From contig CAVSPA010000007.1 in assembly GCA_963729715.1 (NCBI GenBank), forward strand, positions 192,001 to 256,000: a stretch of DNA of 64,000 nucleotides, written 5' to 3'. The notes under the pieces are model-generated. The model did not search any database. It worked only from the letters and a program-made list of their open reading frames with translations, and was not told the origin of the DNA. The translations under genes and the position numbers were made by a program. This document shows positions 1 through 9,628 of this stretch, one piece after another (the first letter of the stretch is position 1; each line of letters starts with the position of its first letter). Source of the stretch: an uncultured delta proteobacterium (GTDB lineage: Bacteria; Desulfobacterota; Syntrophia; Syntrophales; UBA2185).

Positions 1-110
1 GATACCCAGCCTACGGCCATGAAATTGGCACGTCCATCGACGACCGCGCCGACGAGGACCATCGGCATGGGATAGAGGAACGCGTTCTTGTCCAGCTTAA
101 TCTTTTCCAT
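1..110 (-). CDS. Flavin reductase/flavoredoxin family protein (5' part; runs off window)
   Basis: Manual translation MEKIKLDKNAFLYPMPMVLVGAVVDGRANFMAVGWVS; GGAGG RBS upstream. Confidence 0.8.
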   Translation of the reverse strand, partial: MEKIKLDKNAFLYPMPMVLVGAVVDGRANFMAVGWV

Positions 111-131
111 GACTCCACCTCCGGTTTGGTT

Positions 132-1202
132 CTATTTCAGCGCAATCGCTTTCTCAGGGCACATCTCCTGGCAGCAGAAACAACTGATACATGTATCTGC
201 ATCCACGACCGGCAGGTTGTCGTCGCCCATGGACAGGGCGGATACGGCACACTGATCGATGCAGGTGCCACAGCCCGTGCACAGGTCGGGGTCCGCCTGC
301 GGTCGCATCAGCGTCCTGTTCTTGATCAGCGTCTGTATCGCCTCATTCTGGAGCATCACATGGCCGCCGAACGGAGGAAGTTTGAAATCGCGTATCGGGT
401 TCAGCTCCCCGATGATTTCAATTGTCTTCCGGTCATAATTCCCCAGACCGGCCTCCTTCGCCTTCTCTAGGAATCGCAGACGCCCCGGTTCGCATCCCAT
501 CATCACCGCCACAACGGAGTCCACTGCCACTGCATTGTCGGAGGCGATGATCACGCCTATGTCCCTCAGGTCAGCGGATGCCGGGCCGTTCCCCTCCATG
601 CCGACCACCGCGTCCATTATGAAGAGGTCAGGTATGCGGAGACGGAATACATCCACCAGCATTTCCTGGAAGCGTTCGGCGTTACCCGCCGCCTTGTGGA
701 GCTGTGCCTTCTGGGCGCCGGGGAGGATGCCGTAGCTGTTTTTGATCGCCCCCGTAATGACAGTGAGACCGTGGGTCTTGAATTTCGGCAGGCTGATGAT
801 GACATCGGCATCGAGGACGGCTGTGGAGACGTTGACTGCAGGCATAAACGCAGGATTGAAATCAACCTTCTGCGAATCTCCTCCAATGTTCCGGTAGTAG
901 CCTTTTGCCGCCTCCATAAGACCCGTCTTCCGGAAGCTTGTCTCGTTTGCGCCATAGTCGAAGAGGCCGGGATTGTCGCCCACGACGATTGCGGCGGGCT
1001 TCATGGATTCCACCTTGTCCACGACCGCGCGCAGCACCGCAGGATTCGTGACGATGCCTTCCCTTGCCTCCGACGCCCGCAGCACATTGGGCTTTAGCAA
1101 GACCTTTTTCCCCTGAACCGGGAGCGGGAAGAGCTCAAACGCCCGATCTACGGCCTTCCGGACGTTCTCATATGTCGCGGGATGGATCATGACCCTTTGC
1201 AT
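132..1202 (-). CDS. DUF362 domain protein with C-terminal 2x[4Fe-4S] domain
   Basis: VLLKPN...TNP, PKFKTH, GAIKN and GMEGNGP motifs; two CxxCxxCxxxC motifs at the C-terminus. Confidence 0.88.
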   Translation of the reverse strand: MQRVMIHPATYENVRKAVDRAFELFPLPVQGKKVLLKPNVLRASEAREGIVTNPAVLRAVVDKVESMKPAAIVVGDNPGLFDYGANETSFRKTGLMEAAKGYYRNIGGDSQKVDFNPAFMPAVNVSTAVLDADVIISLPKFKTHGLTVITGAIKNSYGILPGAQKAQLHKAAGNAERFQEMLVDVFRLRIPDLFIMDAVVGMEGNGPASADLRDIGVIIASDNAVAVDSVVAVMMGCEPGRLRFLEKAKEAGLGNYDRKTIEIIGELNPIRDFKLPPFGGHVMLQNEAIQTLIKNRTLMRPQADPDLCTGCGTCIDQCAVSALSMGDDNLPVVDADTCISCFCCQEMCPEKAIALK

Positions 1203-1253
1203 CGTTGCTGTCTCCTCTCTTTATTGTTGTGGATTCGTAAACCGATAGATTGC

Positions 1254-2168
1254 TCATGCAGCCTTGTGCTTGATGAATTGTCCTCGCCGATATTCTTCGA
1301 AGGCGGTCTGCAATTCCTTCTGTGTGTTCATGACGATGGGATCGTACCACGCGATAGGTTCCCTCAATGGTTTCCCGGAAATCAAAAGAAAGCGGACAGG
1401 CTCATCCTCCGTGGAGACTGCTATCCGTTCCCCGTCTTCGAAGAGCACAACACTCTCATTATATATGAATGCATCCCTCCGAAAGTCGAAATAGTTTTCT
1501 CCTTCCATCTCATAGGTGAACGGCTTCTTTTCCCTGCAGAAATAGGCCTTCCCTTCGATAACATAGGCTAAGACCTTGTGTCCGGGTTTGGTCGGGTGAA
1601 CGAACTCTGCCCCGGGAGGGACGGTGCAGTCGAGGTACTCCGGATCGACTATGATGTCCCGGACGGGACCCCTTGTCCCCTTGACCTCTCCGCAGATGAT
1701 CTTGATTTTGACCCGTCCTCCGGCAGTGACTTCTGGTATCTGATTGTCCTTCACGTCGCGGTACCGCGGCTCCATCATCTTTTGCAAGGCCGGAAGATTG
1801 GCCCATAACTGGAAGCCCCACATCACGCCCTTCTCATCCCCCTTGGGCATCTCCTGATGGATGATGCCGCTTCCCGCCGTCATCCACTGAACGTCCCCCG
1901 AGGCGATGACGCCTTTGTTTCCCATGCTGTCTCCGTGTTCCACGTCTCCCCGGAGGGCGTAGGTGATGGTCTCTATCCCCCGATGCGGGTGCCATGGAAA
2001 GCCCTTGATGTAGTATCTGGGATCGTCCGAGCGAAAATCATCGAGAAGAAGAAAGGGATCGAGCTGAGGCGCCTCGCTGAAGCCGAATGCCCGCCTCAGG
2101 TGGACGCCGGCTCCCTCGATGGTCGGTTTGCTTTTGACGACCTTGCGGATATTTCTTTCTCTTGCCAT
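1254..2168 (-). CDS. Pirin family protein
   Basis: DPFLLLD, GFPWHPHRGIETITY, QWMTAGSGIIHQEMP and QLWANLP motifs. Confidence 0.95.
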   Translation of the reverse strand: MARERNIRKVVKSKPTIEGAGVHLRRAFGFSEAPQLDPFLLLDDFRSDDPRYYIKGFPWHPHRGIETITYALRGDVEHGDSMGNKGVIASGDVQWMTAGSGIIHQEMPKGDEKGVMWGFQLWANLPALQKMMEPRYRDVKDNQIPEVTAGGRVKIKIICGEVKGTRGPVRDIIVDPEYLDCTVPPGAEFVHPTKPGHKVLAYVIEGKAYFCREKKPFTYEMEGENYFDFRRDAFIYNESVVLFEDGERIAVSTEDEPVRFLLISGKPLREPIAWYDPIVMNTQKELQTAFEEYRRGQFIKHKAA

Positions 2169-2182
2169 CTCAATCCTTCCGT

Positions 2183-2488
2183 CTACACTCCCTGCAGCAC
2201 CTTGATAGAGAGGTCCTCAACTATGTCCTTGACCTTCTCTCTATAGGCCAGCATGTGGGGGGTTTTCAAATGCGCCCTCAAGGCTTCCACGCTTTCCCAC
2301 TTCTCAAGGATCGTGACTACGTTCTTATCAAGCTTCTGCACAGGCAAACCCGAATCGATATCTATTGTAGGAAAGTACTCGATGCATCCCTTCTCTTTTC
2401 TGACCTCCGGGACATTGGACTTGACTATCTCAAGAAACTGAGTAAGCATGTCTGCCTTGATCCTTACCGATGCTATTACACTGATCAT
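2183..2488 (-). CDS. Antibiotic biosynthesis monooxygenase (YgiN-like quinol monooxygenase)
   Basis: EKGCIEY, EKWES and HLKTPHM motifs. Confidence 0.88.
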   Translation of the reverse strand: MISVIASVRIKADMLTQFLEIVKSNVPEVRKEKGCIEYFPTIDIDSGLPVQKLDKNVVTILEKWESVEALRAHLKTPHMLAYREKVKDIVEDLSIKVLQGV

Positions 2489-2545
2489 GTCATCTCCCCT
2501 TTCTGCGATGCGCTACGCTACAGAAACTATTTTTTCTTTCCCTCA

Positions 2546-2866
2546 TCAATATGAAACTTGTGCAGCAACCGGGGTCAGAACTATCCCCATCACGCCTATA
2601 AACATTAGTCCGCTGAACAATGCATATGCTGAAGCGAATATCTTCGCTCCTGTCGTGGGGAGCTGATTGACCGGCCCCATGCCCCCGAGGATCATGGACG
2701 CCTCGAGCAGAGAATCGACCCAACTGAATCCGGCTATCCAGTGGTATCCTGATACTCCGAGAAATAAAGCAGCTGCCACCAGGAGACCCGCCATAGCGAC
2801 GGATTTGGCCATCCTTCTTACAAAAACCGATACAGGCGCGAGCTTTTCGTGCTTCCGCTCAAACAT
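2546..2866 (-). CDS. Small membrane protein (ion-channel-like hairpin); C-terminus probably frameshifted
   Basis: GYHWIAGFSWVDSLLEASMILGGMGPV and FASAYALFSG; start moved to ATG 2866. Confidence 0.7.
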   Translation of the reverse strand: MFERKHEKLAPVSVFVRRMAKSVAMAGLLVAAALFLGVSGYHWIAGFSWVDSLLEASMILGGMGPVNQLPTTGAKIFASAYALFSGLMFIGVMGIVLTPVAAQVSY

Positions 2867-3091
2867 TAGTAACCTCGTGACGGTGAACATTCGGGATGTG
2901 GAAACACATAACAATTATGACATGCATGATATTTATGATGACTTTTTTAAATTATGCTGTGAAAGAAAAAAGATGTCAAGAATTTTTGGGGTGAAATGCT
3001 TTCGCTTGATAAAGAACCACAAATAAACTATATGAGCATAAATGACGCGATCATTAAACGGGCAATGTCATTGATCAAAGAGGTGTGAGAA

Positions 3092-4666
3092 ATGAAAATC
3101 AGCAAGACCAGCGAAATGCGGTTCATGGATAGATACGCTGTGGAAAAACTCGATATTCCCGAAGAGATTCTCATGGAAAACGCCGGGCAGGCCGCGACAT
3201 ACATCTTGGCACAGGAGATCGGCATAACGGATAAGAGGTTTGTCGTGTTCTGCGGCATCGGCAACAATGGCGGTGACGGCCTTGTCGTAGCGCGGAAGAT
3301 TCACAGCAATGGCGGACTGGTCAAGGTATTTCTTGCCGGAGATATGAAGAAGTTTAAAGGGGCAGCGAAGGCCAATTGGAATATAATTTCGAAACTCCCC
3401 ATCGAAGCACGAAGGATCGAGTCTGTGGAAGAAATTAGAAGCGACGTCCTCCACTGTCATGGGGTTGTGGACGCTCTCTTCGGTACGGGTCTAGATCGGG
3501 ATGCGGCGGGGCTCCATAAAGAAGTGATTCAGTTGATCAACTCAAGCGGCAAGAAGGTTCTCAGCCTGGATATCCCTTCCGGCGTTCATGGAGATACGGG
3601 AGAGGTCATGGGCGCGGCGGTCAAGGCAGATTATACGGTTGCATTTGGTCTCCCCAAGATCGGGAACATGTTCTATCCCGGATACGACCTGGGCGGAAAA
3701 CTCTACGTTACCCACATTTCTTTTCCGCCTTCCCTCTATAACGGCGAAGCCCTCAAAGTCCAGATCAACGATTATGTGAAGCTCCCACCCCGCGAGAGGG
3801 ATGTCTACAAAGGACGGATGGGGGAGGTTCTCTTTATTGCCGGTGCTGCATCGTATTTCGGCGCTCCCTATTTTTCGGCATTGTCGTTTCTCAAGGCAGG
3901 CGGAGGGTATGCCCGTCTCGCGGCGCCTGTATCGATGACGCCGTTTATCGCAACGAAGGGAAGTGAAATAGTCTTCGTTCCCCAGAAGGAGACGCGGGCA
4001 GGGAGCATCGCGCTGGAGAATCGAGACAGTCTGATCGAACTCGCGGAAGAGATGGATATGGTGGTGATCGGACCCGGCCTTTCCCTCGACGATGAAACAC
4101 AGCAACTCGTCAGGGAGCTCGTGCGGATCATCAAGAAACCCATTCTCATCGACGGGGACGGAATCACGGCGATAGCGGATCAATTGGAGATGATCCGGGA
4201 AAGAAAGGGAGATACCATTCTCACCCCGCATCTTGGGGAGATGGCCCGCATTGCCAAAAAGAGCGTCGGCGAAATCAACAAACAGAAGATAGACATATTG
4301 CAGCTCACGGCCATGTCGCTGCATGCGATCATAGTCCTGAAAGGAGCCCACACATTGATCGGCTATCCGGACGAAAGGGTTTTTGTCAATCTCAGCGGCA
4401 ACCCGGGAATGGCTACGGCGGGCTCAGGCGATGTCCTGACAGGGACCATCGCAGCCATGTTCGGACTCGGTCTGTCGTTGGAGGATGCGGTGAAGAAGGG
4501 CGTCTTTATCCATGGATTCTCCGGAGACCTCGCGGCTGCGGACAAAGGCGAGGACGGCATCACGGCCCAGGACATTCTTGATTATCTGCCGCTTGCCATG
4601 AGGTATGATAGGGAAGGCCCTCTCGATGATTTCAGAGATATATACGAAGGGCCTCAGGTGGTGTGA
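3092..4666 (+). CDS. nnr: Bifunctional NAD(P)H-hydrate epimerase/dehydratase
   Basis: LMENAG, GNNGGDG, DALFGTG, LDIPSG, TPHLGE and ATAGSGDVLTG motifs. Confidence 0.95.
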   Translation: MKISKTSEMRFMDRYAVEKLDIPEEILMENAGQAATYILAQEIGITDKRFVVFCGIGNNGGDGLVVARKIHSNGGLVKVFLAGDMKKFKGAAKANWNIISKLPIEARRIESVEEIRSDVLHCHGVVDALFGTGLDRDAAGLHKEVIQLINSSGKKVLSLDIPSGVHGDTGEVMGAAVKADYTVAFGLPKIGNMFYPGYDLGGKLYVTHISFPPSLYNGEALKVQINDYVKLPPRERDVYKGRMGEVLFIAGAASYFGAPYFSALSFLKAGGGYARLAAPVSMTPFIATKGSEIVFVPQKETRAGSIALENRDSLIELAEEMDMVVIGPGLSLDDETQQLVRELVRIIKKPILIDGDGITAIADQLEMIRERKGDTILTPHLGEMARIAKKSVGEINKQKIDILQLTAMSLHAIIVLKGAHTLIGYPDERVFVNLSGNPGMATAGSGDVLTGTIAAMFGLGLSLEDAVKKGVFIHGFSGDLAAADKGEDGITAQDILDYLPLAMRYDREGPLDDFRDIYEGPQVV

Positions 4667-4680
4667 GACGGAGGACATGT

Positions 4681-5658
4681 CTATATATTTCTTTCAATGA
4701 TATAGTCTGATATGGCAAGCAGCGCTGCTTTTGGCTTAGAGTCTTCGAAGGATTCAAGATAGCCTTTCGCCTCGCCGATATATGTCCTTGCCTTGTTGAG
4801 GGAATAATTGATGCCGTCGTGACGGTGCATCAGAGAGACGATATCCAAGATAACCTTTTCATCCTGTTCTTTTTCCTCAACTGCCCTCTTGATCAATTTC
4901 TTTTCTTCCGATGAACATTTCTTCAGGGCATGGATAAGAGGGAGGGTTATTTTCCCCTCTTCGAGGTCTTTTCCGATTGCCTTTCCAAATACATCTTCTT
5001 CCGCCACATAGTCGAGGGTATCGTCCGTAATCTGAAATGCGGAGCCGAGGCGCATGCCGAACCGTGTGAGGGCCTCGACCTGATCATCTGATGCCTTTCC
5101 AAGAATACCTCCTACAGCGCATGCGGCGGATATGAGGGTTGCCGTCTTTTTCTCGATGACAGTCAGGTATTCCTTTTCAGTTATATTGATGTCGCCGCAC
5201 TTGACAAGTTGAAGAACTTCCCCTTCCGACATGGTGTTTGTCGTCGTGGAAAGGAGCTTGATGATGGCTAAGTTGCCGTGCTCCGTCATTAGCTTGAACG
5301 ATTTGGAATAGAGGAAATCCCCCACGAGCACGCTGGCTGCATTCCCCCATATATTGTTTGCGGAAATTTTGCCCCTCCTGGTCGTCGCTTCATCAATTAC
5401 GTCATCATGGAGCAGTGTAGCCGTATGGATGAATTCAATCACTGCGGACAGGGCGTACTTTTTCTCGCCTTTGTAACCGCAAAGAGAGGAGGTGGACAGA
5501 AGCAAAAGGGGCCTGAATCTCTTTCCCCCGCTGCCTATGAGATGATGGATGATTTGGGGTATGAGATGCACTCCGGAACGGAGATGCGCTTCCATCTGTT
5601 CTTCAACGTGCTTTAAGTCATCCCCATAAGTGCGAAAAACATCCTGTATCTGCATCAA
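4681..5658 (-). CDS. ispB: Long-chain polyprenyl diphosphate synthase
   Basis: GGKRFRP, LLHDDVID, RRG, FQITDD and DLEEGKITLP motifs. Confidence 0.9.
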   Translation of the reverse strand: MMQIQDVFRTYGDDLKHVEEQMEAHLRSGVHLIPQIIHHLIGSGGKRFRPLLLLSTSSLCGYKGEKKYALSAVIEFIHTATLLHDDVIDEATTRRGKISANNIWGNAASVLVGDFLYSKSFKLMTEHGNLAIIKLLSTTTNTMSEGEVLQLVKCGDINITEKEYLTVIEKKTATLISAACAVGGILGKASDDQVEALTRFGMRLGSAFQITDDTLDYVAEEDVFGKAIGKDLEEGKITLPLIHALKKCSSEEKKLIKRAVEEKEQDEKVILDIVSLMHRHDGINYSLNKARTYIGEAKGYLESFEDSKPKAALLAISDYIIERNI

Positions 5659-5673
5659 CCGGTCCTTGTATGA

Positions 5674-6327
5674 TTATAATCCCAGATCTTCGTTTATCAG
5701 GATGACTTTCACCCTGCCTTTCGGGAAGGATTTTTCCGTGATTGCCCAACTGTTGCAAAGCCGTCCGCTGCTCTTGCATTCCTCGCAATACGATGTTTTC
5801 GCGCAAGGTGTTTTCATGCCCAGCCTGAGGACATTTGCCGGCGCCACATAATTCTTGATGCGCATCATCGCATCTTCCAGATCCGCGACAATTTTATTTC
5901 TCCCGACCAGGATAATCACATTTTTCGGCCCGAATGTGATAGCAGCAACGCGATTGCCGAGCATGTCAAGGTTCACCAGCATTCCCGATTCAGTCACGGC
6001 ATTCGTGCCGGTAATCAGGAGGTCAACAAGGAGGGCCTGCCGGCGTCGCTCCCAGCCGTCCTCGCGCGATATGGTCTTATCAAATGTATCAATCACCTTT
6101 ATTTTCTTGTTGTCCTTAAGTTCGTCATAAAGACCTGTGGCAACGAATGTCATGGAGCCGCCCCAGGAGATGCTCTTGGGGGCAAGCGCGGGAATAATCT
6201 CTTTAAGCACAATATTCTTTGCTTCGGCGCCATTTTGTGTCACGAATGCGTCGAAGCTATTTGCCTCCAGGGATTGTTTGATATTCGCAAGTCTGATCTG
6301 CCAGAACTTATCGACAGTACTGTCCAT
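5674..6327 (-). CDS. Lactate utilization (LUD domain) protein
   Basis: GGSMT, TGTNA, LVNLDxxGNRVAA, GRNKIV and PCxxxxxCxxC motifs; AGGAGG RBS before ATG 6327. Confidence 0.88.
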   Translation of the reverse strand: MDSTVDKFWQIRLANIKQSLEANSFDAFVTQNGAEAKNIVLKEIIPALAPKSISWGGSMTFVATGLYDELKDNKKIKVIDTFDKTISREDGWERRRQALLVDLLITGTNAVTESGMLVNLDMLGNRVAAITFGPKNVIILVGRNKIVADLEDAMMRIKNYVAPANVLRLGMKTPCAKTSYCEECKSSGRLCNSWAITEKSFPKGRVKVILINEDLGL

Positions 6328-6524
6328 GTCATACCTCCTGCTTTGCTTGGATGTTCCGATTTTTGGCATTATGGAGAAACGGGTGTTTTTTGTCAAGCCT
6401 GTATATTCTTACGGCTTCATGTAAAGGCGCTCCGCCTCTACAGGGACGGACCTGCAGGATTGCGCTCGATCATTCGGCGTGCTAAGGAATATAATAATCA
6501 CTATCTTATTTACGCGCATTGTTT

Positions 6525-7292
6525 ATGGACGATAATTCCTTCAAGCGGCTACTTAGCAGGTTCGGTCTCTCCTCGCGCGGTTACGCTAAGGTGAGAAAGG
6601 GCGTCAAGAAACGCATTCAGCGTCACATGCACGAGCTTGGCCTCCCCGGAGTGGATGACTATCTTCAGGCCATGACCGACCCTGAGATTTTGCGGGATGT
6701 CGAAAGGCTGATGAGCGTTTCTATAAGCCGTTTCTTCCGCGATCGAAACCTGTGGCGCACACTTGCAGAGGAAATTCTCCCGGATGTCACAGCCGGGCGC
6801 ATGGAAAGAATTGATGTCTGGTCGGCCGGTTGTGCGCTGGGACAGGAAGCTTGCAGCCTCGCCATAGAGTGGGAGATGCTGAAGATGAAGCGCTCCGCTC
6901 TGCCTGACCTTAGAATCCGGGCTACAGACATCAGTCCCGATTGCCTGAGTAAGGCCGGGTCAGGGTTATATCGCGGAAGCAGTCTGAAAGGATTGCCAGA
7001 CGGGATTAAATCGCTCTATTTCCACGCATGCGAAGACCGGGAGAACTACTGTGCTGCGGCTTGTTTGAAAAAGTATATTGTGTGGGAGGTGCATGATCTG
7101 ATGAGAGAGCGGCCTCCGGAAGAGGTGTTTCAGATCATATTCTTAAGAAATAGTCTTTTCACATATTACTGCGAAGAAAGCATCTCATCCGTCTTTCAGA
7201 ATGTTTTGGATAGCCTTGATGACGGCGGATTTTTCATTATTGGAAGCCATGAGAGACTGCCTTTTCACAGTAATGCTTCAGGTTACCCTTAA
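6525..7292 (+). CDS. Orphan CheR-family SAM-dependent methyltransferase; last codons derive from intron-like DNA
   Basis: SISRFFRD, WSAGCxxGQE, ATDIS, HDL, IFLRN and IGSHE motifs. Confidence 0.85.
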   Translation: MDDNSFKRLLSRFGLSSRGYAKVRKGVKKRIQRHMHELGLPGVDDYLQAMTDPEILRDVERLMSVSISRFFRDRNLWRTLAEEILPDVTAGRMERIDVWSAGCALGQEACSLAIEWEMLKMKRSALPDLRIRATDISPDCLSKAGSGLYRGSSLKGLPDGIKSLYFHACEDRENYCAAACLKKYIVWEVHDLMRERPPEEVFQIIFLRNSLFTYYCEESISSVFQNVLDSLDDGGFFIIGSHERLPFHSNASGYP

Positions 7293-7376
7293 CACCTCCC
7301 TCAAGCTACGTGGGCGAACTACCGAACTCCCACCGTCGGACTTTAACCGACTAGTCATACGTTTTACACGGCATAC
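7272..7376 (-). mobile_element. Probable group II intron 5'-end remnant (domain I fragment)
   Basis: Begins GTATGCCG (GUGYG-like); GTCGG-TTAAAGT-CCGAC hairpin, GTAGC motif and GG-GTAA-CC GNRA loop; no RT or domain V/VI nearby. Confidence 0.55.
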
Positions 7377-7487
7377 CCTACACTCTCATCATTTAAAGGC
7401 TCCGCGTACATCATTCAAAAGACAGTATGATCGATCTTGTAAATCCGTGGGAGTTGGTTGAAAGAGAATCACGGACGGCGTTTATAT

Positions 7488-7718
7488 TCAGTCTTCGGGG
7501 CAGATCCACAGAATCTGACTCTTGCTCACGAAAATTACCTTTCCGCCGAAGCCTCCGGGGATTGTGGCATTGAACACCACGACAAAGGGGTCTTCACCGA
7601 AATTGAGCAGGTCGGAAAGCCTGTCATGGTCCTTGATATTGATATGGCCTTTCACGTGGGACCCGTCCGTCAGGCGGATATTTGCTTTTTTTATTTTTGG
7701 ATCTTCAGATTCAGACAT
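7488..7718 (-). CDS. Small conserved hypothetical protein (DUF6812-like)
   Basis: IRLTDGSxVKGxINI...RLSDLLN...FV..SQILWI pattern. Confidence 0.7.
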   Translation of the reverse strand: MSESEDPKIKKANIRLTDGSHVKGHINIKDHDRLSDLLNFGEDPFVVVFNATIPGGFGGKVIFVSKSQILWICPED

Positions 7719-7761
7719 ATAAATTTATCAATACTGTATTTTGAATATACATTTTCCCACA

Positions 7762-8115
7762 TCAACTGAAGGCAGGACGCCGCAGTTCGGCATCGACACG
7801 TTCTGCATTGCCTAAGTTGTACTGTATCAACTTTTTTAGGTGCACGAAGCTTTCATCATCCATGGAGATGAATTTGATAGCAGCCTCCTTTTCTCCAACT
7901 CTAATAATCTTGGCATCAACTGATATCCGTGAATCCTCGCTTAGGGTAATAATCACTTTACAAGGCTCATCCATTTGAAAGAGGGGACCGGACGTACAGA
8001 GAATCCCCGCGAGGCTGATGTTGACGGATTCCAGCTTTATTACTTCGCCCTTCATTAACACCTCAACATCAATCTGTACGGGAACACGCGTTCGTCTTCT
8101 CCTCTCTTTAATCAT
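7762..8115 (-). CDS. PilZ domain (c-di-GMP-binding) protein
   Basis: ERRRRTR (RxxxR) and NISLAG (N/DxSxxG) motifs; AAGGAG RBS. Confidence 0.9.
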   Translation of the reverse strand: MIKERRRRTRVPVQIDVEVLMKGEVIKLESVNISLAGILCTSGPLFQMDEPCKVIITLSEDSRISVDAKIIRVGEKEAAIKFISMDDESFVHLKKLIQYNLGNAERVDAELRRPAFS

Positions 8116-8188
8116 AAACACTCCTTCGGTCATCAATTATGTCCACCGCTTAGCGGCTCTCAAATCCGGCCGTTTCAGGTGTGAATGT

Positions 8189-8704
8189 TTATTGCTGGAA
8201 CTGAATATCCAGCTTACTGGCCGTTACCTGCTTGGCGCTTGCGTAAGGCATGGAATCTTTTTTTTCTAATGTCAGGGTTTCCCCCGGACCTATCTTCCTC
8301 CCCTGTTCCCGGCTGGATGCGAGCAAAAAAGCGTCGTCGTCCTGAAGTTTGTACTCAAGAGAAAAAACAATTTCACGCGCCGTCCTGTTTCTCAAAGTCA
8401 CCAACCAGGCCCATTCCACCAGGTCGTGTTCCATTAAATCCTGATAGACGCGGACCATCTTATAGCCGTCGTTTATGACCTCGAGGGGGAAGTTAGGATT
8501 TTTCATTTCAGCACGGGGGAGAGACGGCACGAATTGCCCCTTCCCTGGAAGATTATAGAGAAGATAACGCGCTTCAATACTGTCCCACATATCCGCATAG
8601 ATAGGGCGGACTGTGAGGGTTGATAAGGCTATGAAGGACAGGACGAAAATTGCAAGGATAAAAAGACTCTCTTTTCGCAGCTGCTTTATTTTCATTTTCG
8701 GCAC
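8189..8704 (-). CDS. Hypothetical exported protein
   Basis: N-terminal hydrophobic segment; abuts the upstream gene. Confidence 0.65.
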   Translation of the reverse strand: MPKMKIKQLRKESLFILAIFVLSFIALSTLTVRPIYADMWDSIEARYLLYNLPGKGQFVPSLPRAEMKNPNFPLEVINDGYKMVRVYQDLMEHDLVEWAWLVTLRNRTAREIVFSLEYKLQDDDAFLLASSREQGRKIGPGETLTLEKKDSMPYASAKQVTASKLDIQFQQ

Positions 8705-9574
8705 CTAAATGACCTTTTTCATTGCGGCAATGGCTGTTTCGATTTGATCGTCCGTCGGCTCCTTAGTGGTGATCTTCTGCAACAGCAATCCCGGCCAGCT
8801 CAAGACTTGCACCCATTTCAAGTTTCTCTTTCTTCCGGTAAAGCGGATAATCTCATATGAGATTCCGGCAATAACAGGAAGGAGCAGAAGTTTATAGAAG
8901 ACTCTGTGCACAAAATCCGGCCTGCCGAGCAGCGAAAATACCAGGATTGCCGTGATCATGACGACGAGGACAAAACTCGTCCCGCAGCGCGGATGGCGGG
9001 TAGAGAATTTCCTGATATTTTCCACGGTCAATTCCTGACCGTTTTCCCAAGCGAATACTGTCTTATGCTCCGCCCCATGATACATGAATACCCGCCTCAT
9101 GTCTTCCATTAAAAGGGTGGTACAGAGGAAGCACAGGAAAATCCCGAGACGGATAATGCCCTCTACAATGTTCAAGAGAATTGTGCTTGCTATGAAAGCT
9201 TTCAATACGGAAAAGCAGTAAGCAGGGACGACGACGAAAAATAATATGGCCGTGCCCAGACCGATTACGACGGAAATCGTCATCTCCCATCCTTTCGGCT
9301 TCACATCATTTTCCGTCAATGCCAGCTCGGCAGAATACATAAGGCATTTCATACCGATCACCATCATTTCCAGAAGGGTTACGGATCCGCGTATAAACGG
9401 CAGCCCCAGCCACTTATATCTTTTGGTGAGCGGAACATAATACTGTTCCCGGATGGCTATTTCGCGGTCAGGCTTTCTTACGGCGGCGGCGATCTTGTTC
9501 CCATGCCGCATCATCACGCCTTCTATAATAGCCTGGCCGCCGGCGATATCTTCCGGATGAGGTTTTTCATTCAT
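8705..9574 (-). CDS. DUF1385 membrane protein
   Basis: GGQAIIEGVMM, YHGAEHK, HPRCGTSF and TTKEP motifs. Confidence 0.93.
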   Translation of the reverse strand: MNEKPHPEDIAGGQAIIEGVMMRHGNKIAAAVRKPDREIAIREQYYVPLTKRYKWLGLPFIRGSVTLLEMMVIGMKCLMYSAELALTENDVKPKGWEMTISVVIGLGTAILFFVVVPAYCFSVLKAFIASTILLNIVEGIIRLGIFLCFLCTTLLMEDMRRVFMYHGAEHKTVFAWENGQELTVENIRKFSTRHPRCGTSFVLVVMITAILVFSLLGRPDFVHRVFYKLLLLPVIAGISYEIIRFTGRKRNLKWVQVLSWPGLLLQKITTKEPTDDQIETAIAAMKKVI

Positions 9575-9628
9575 TGCTGATAAGATAAGGATGTCTCTGT
9601 TTCATTCCGCTATGAGGAACCCACCCGA

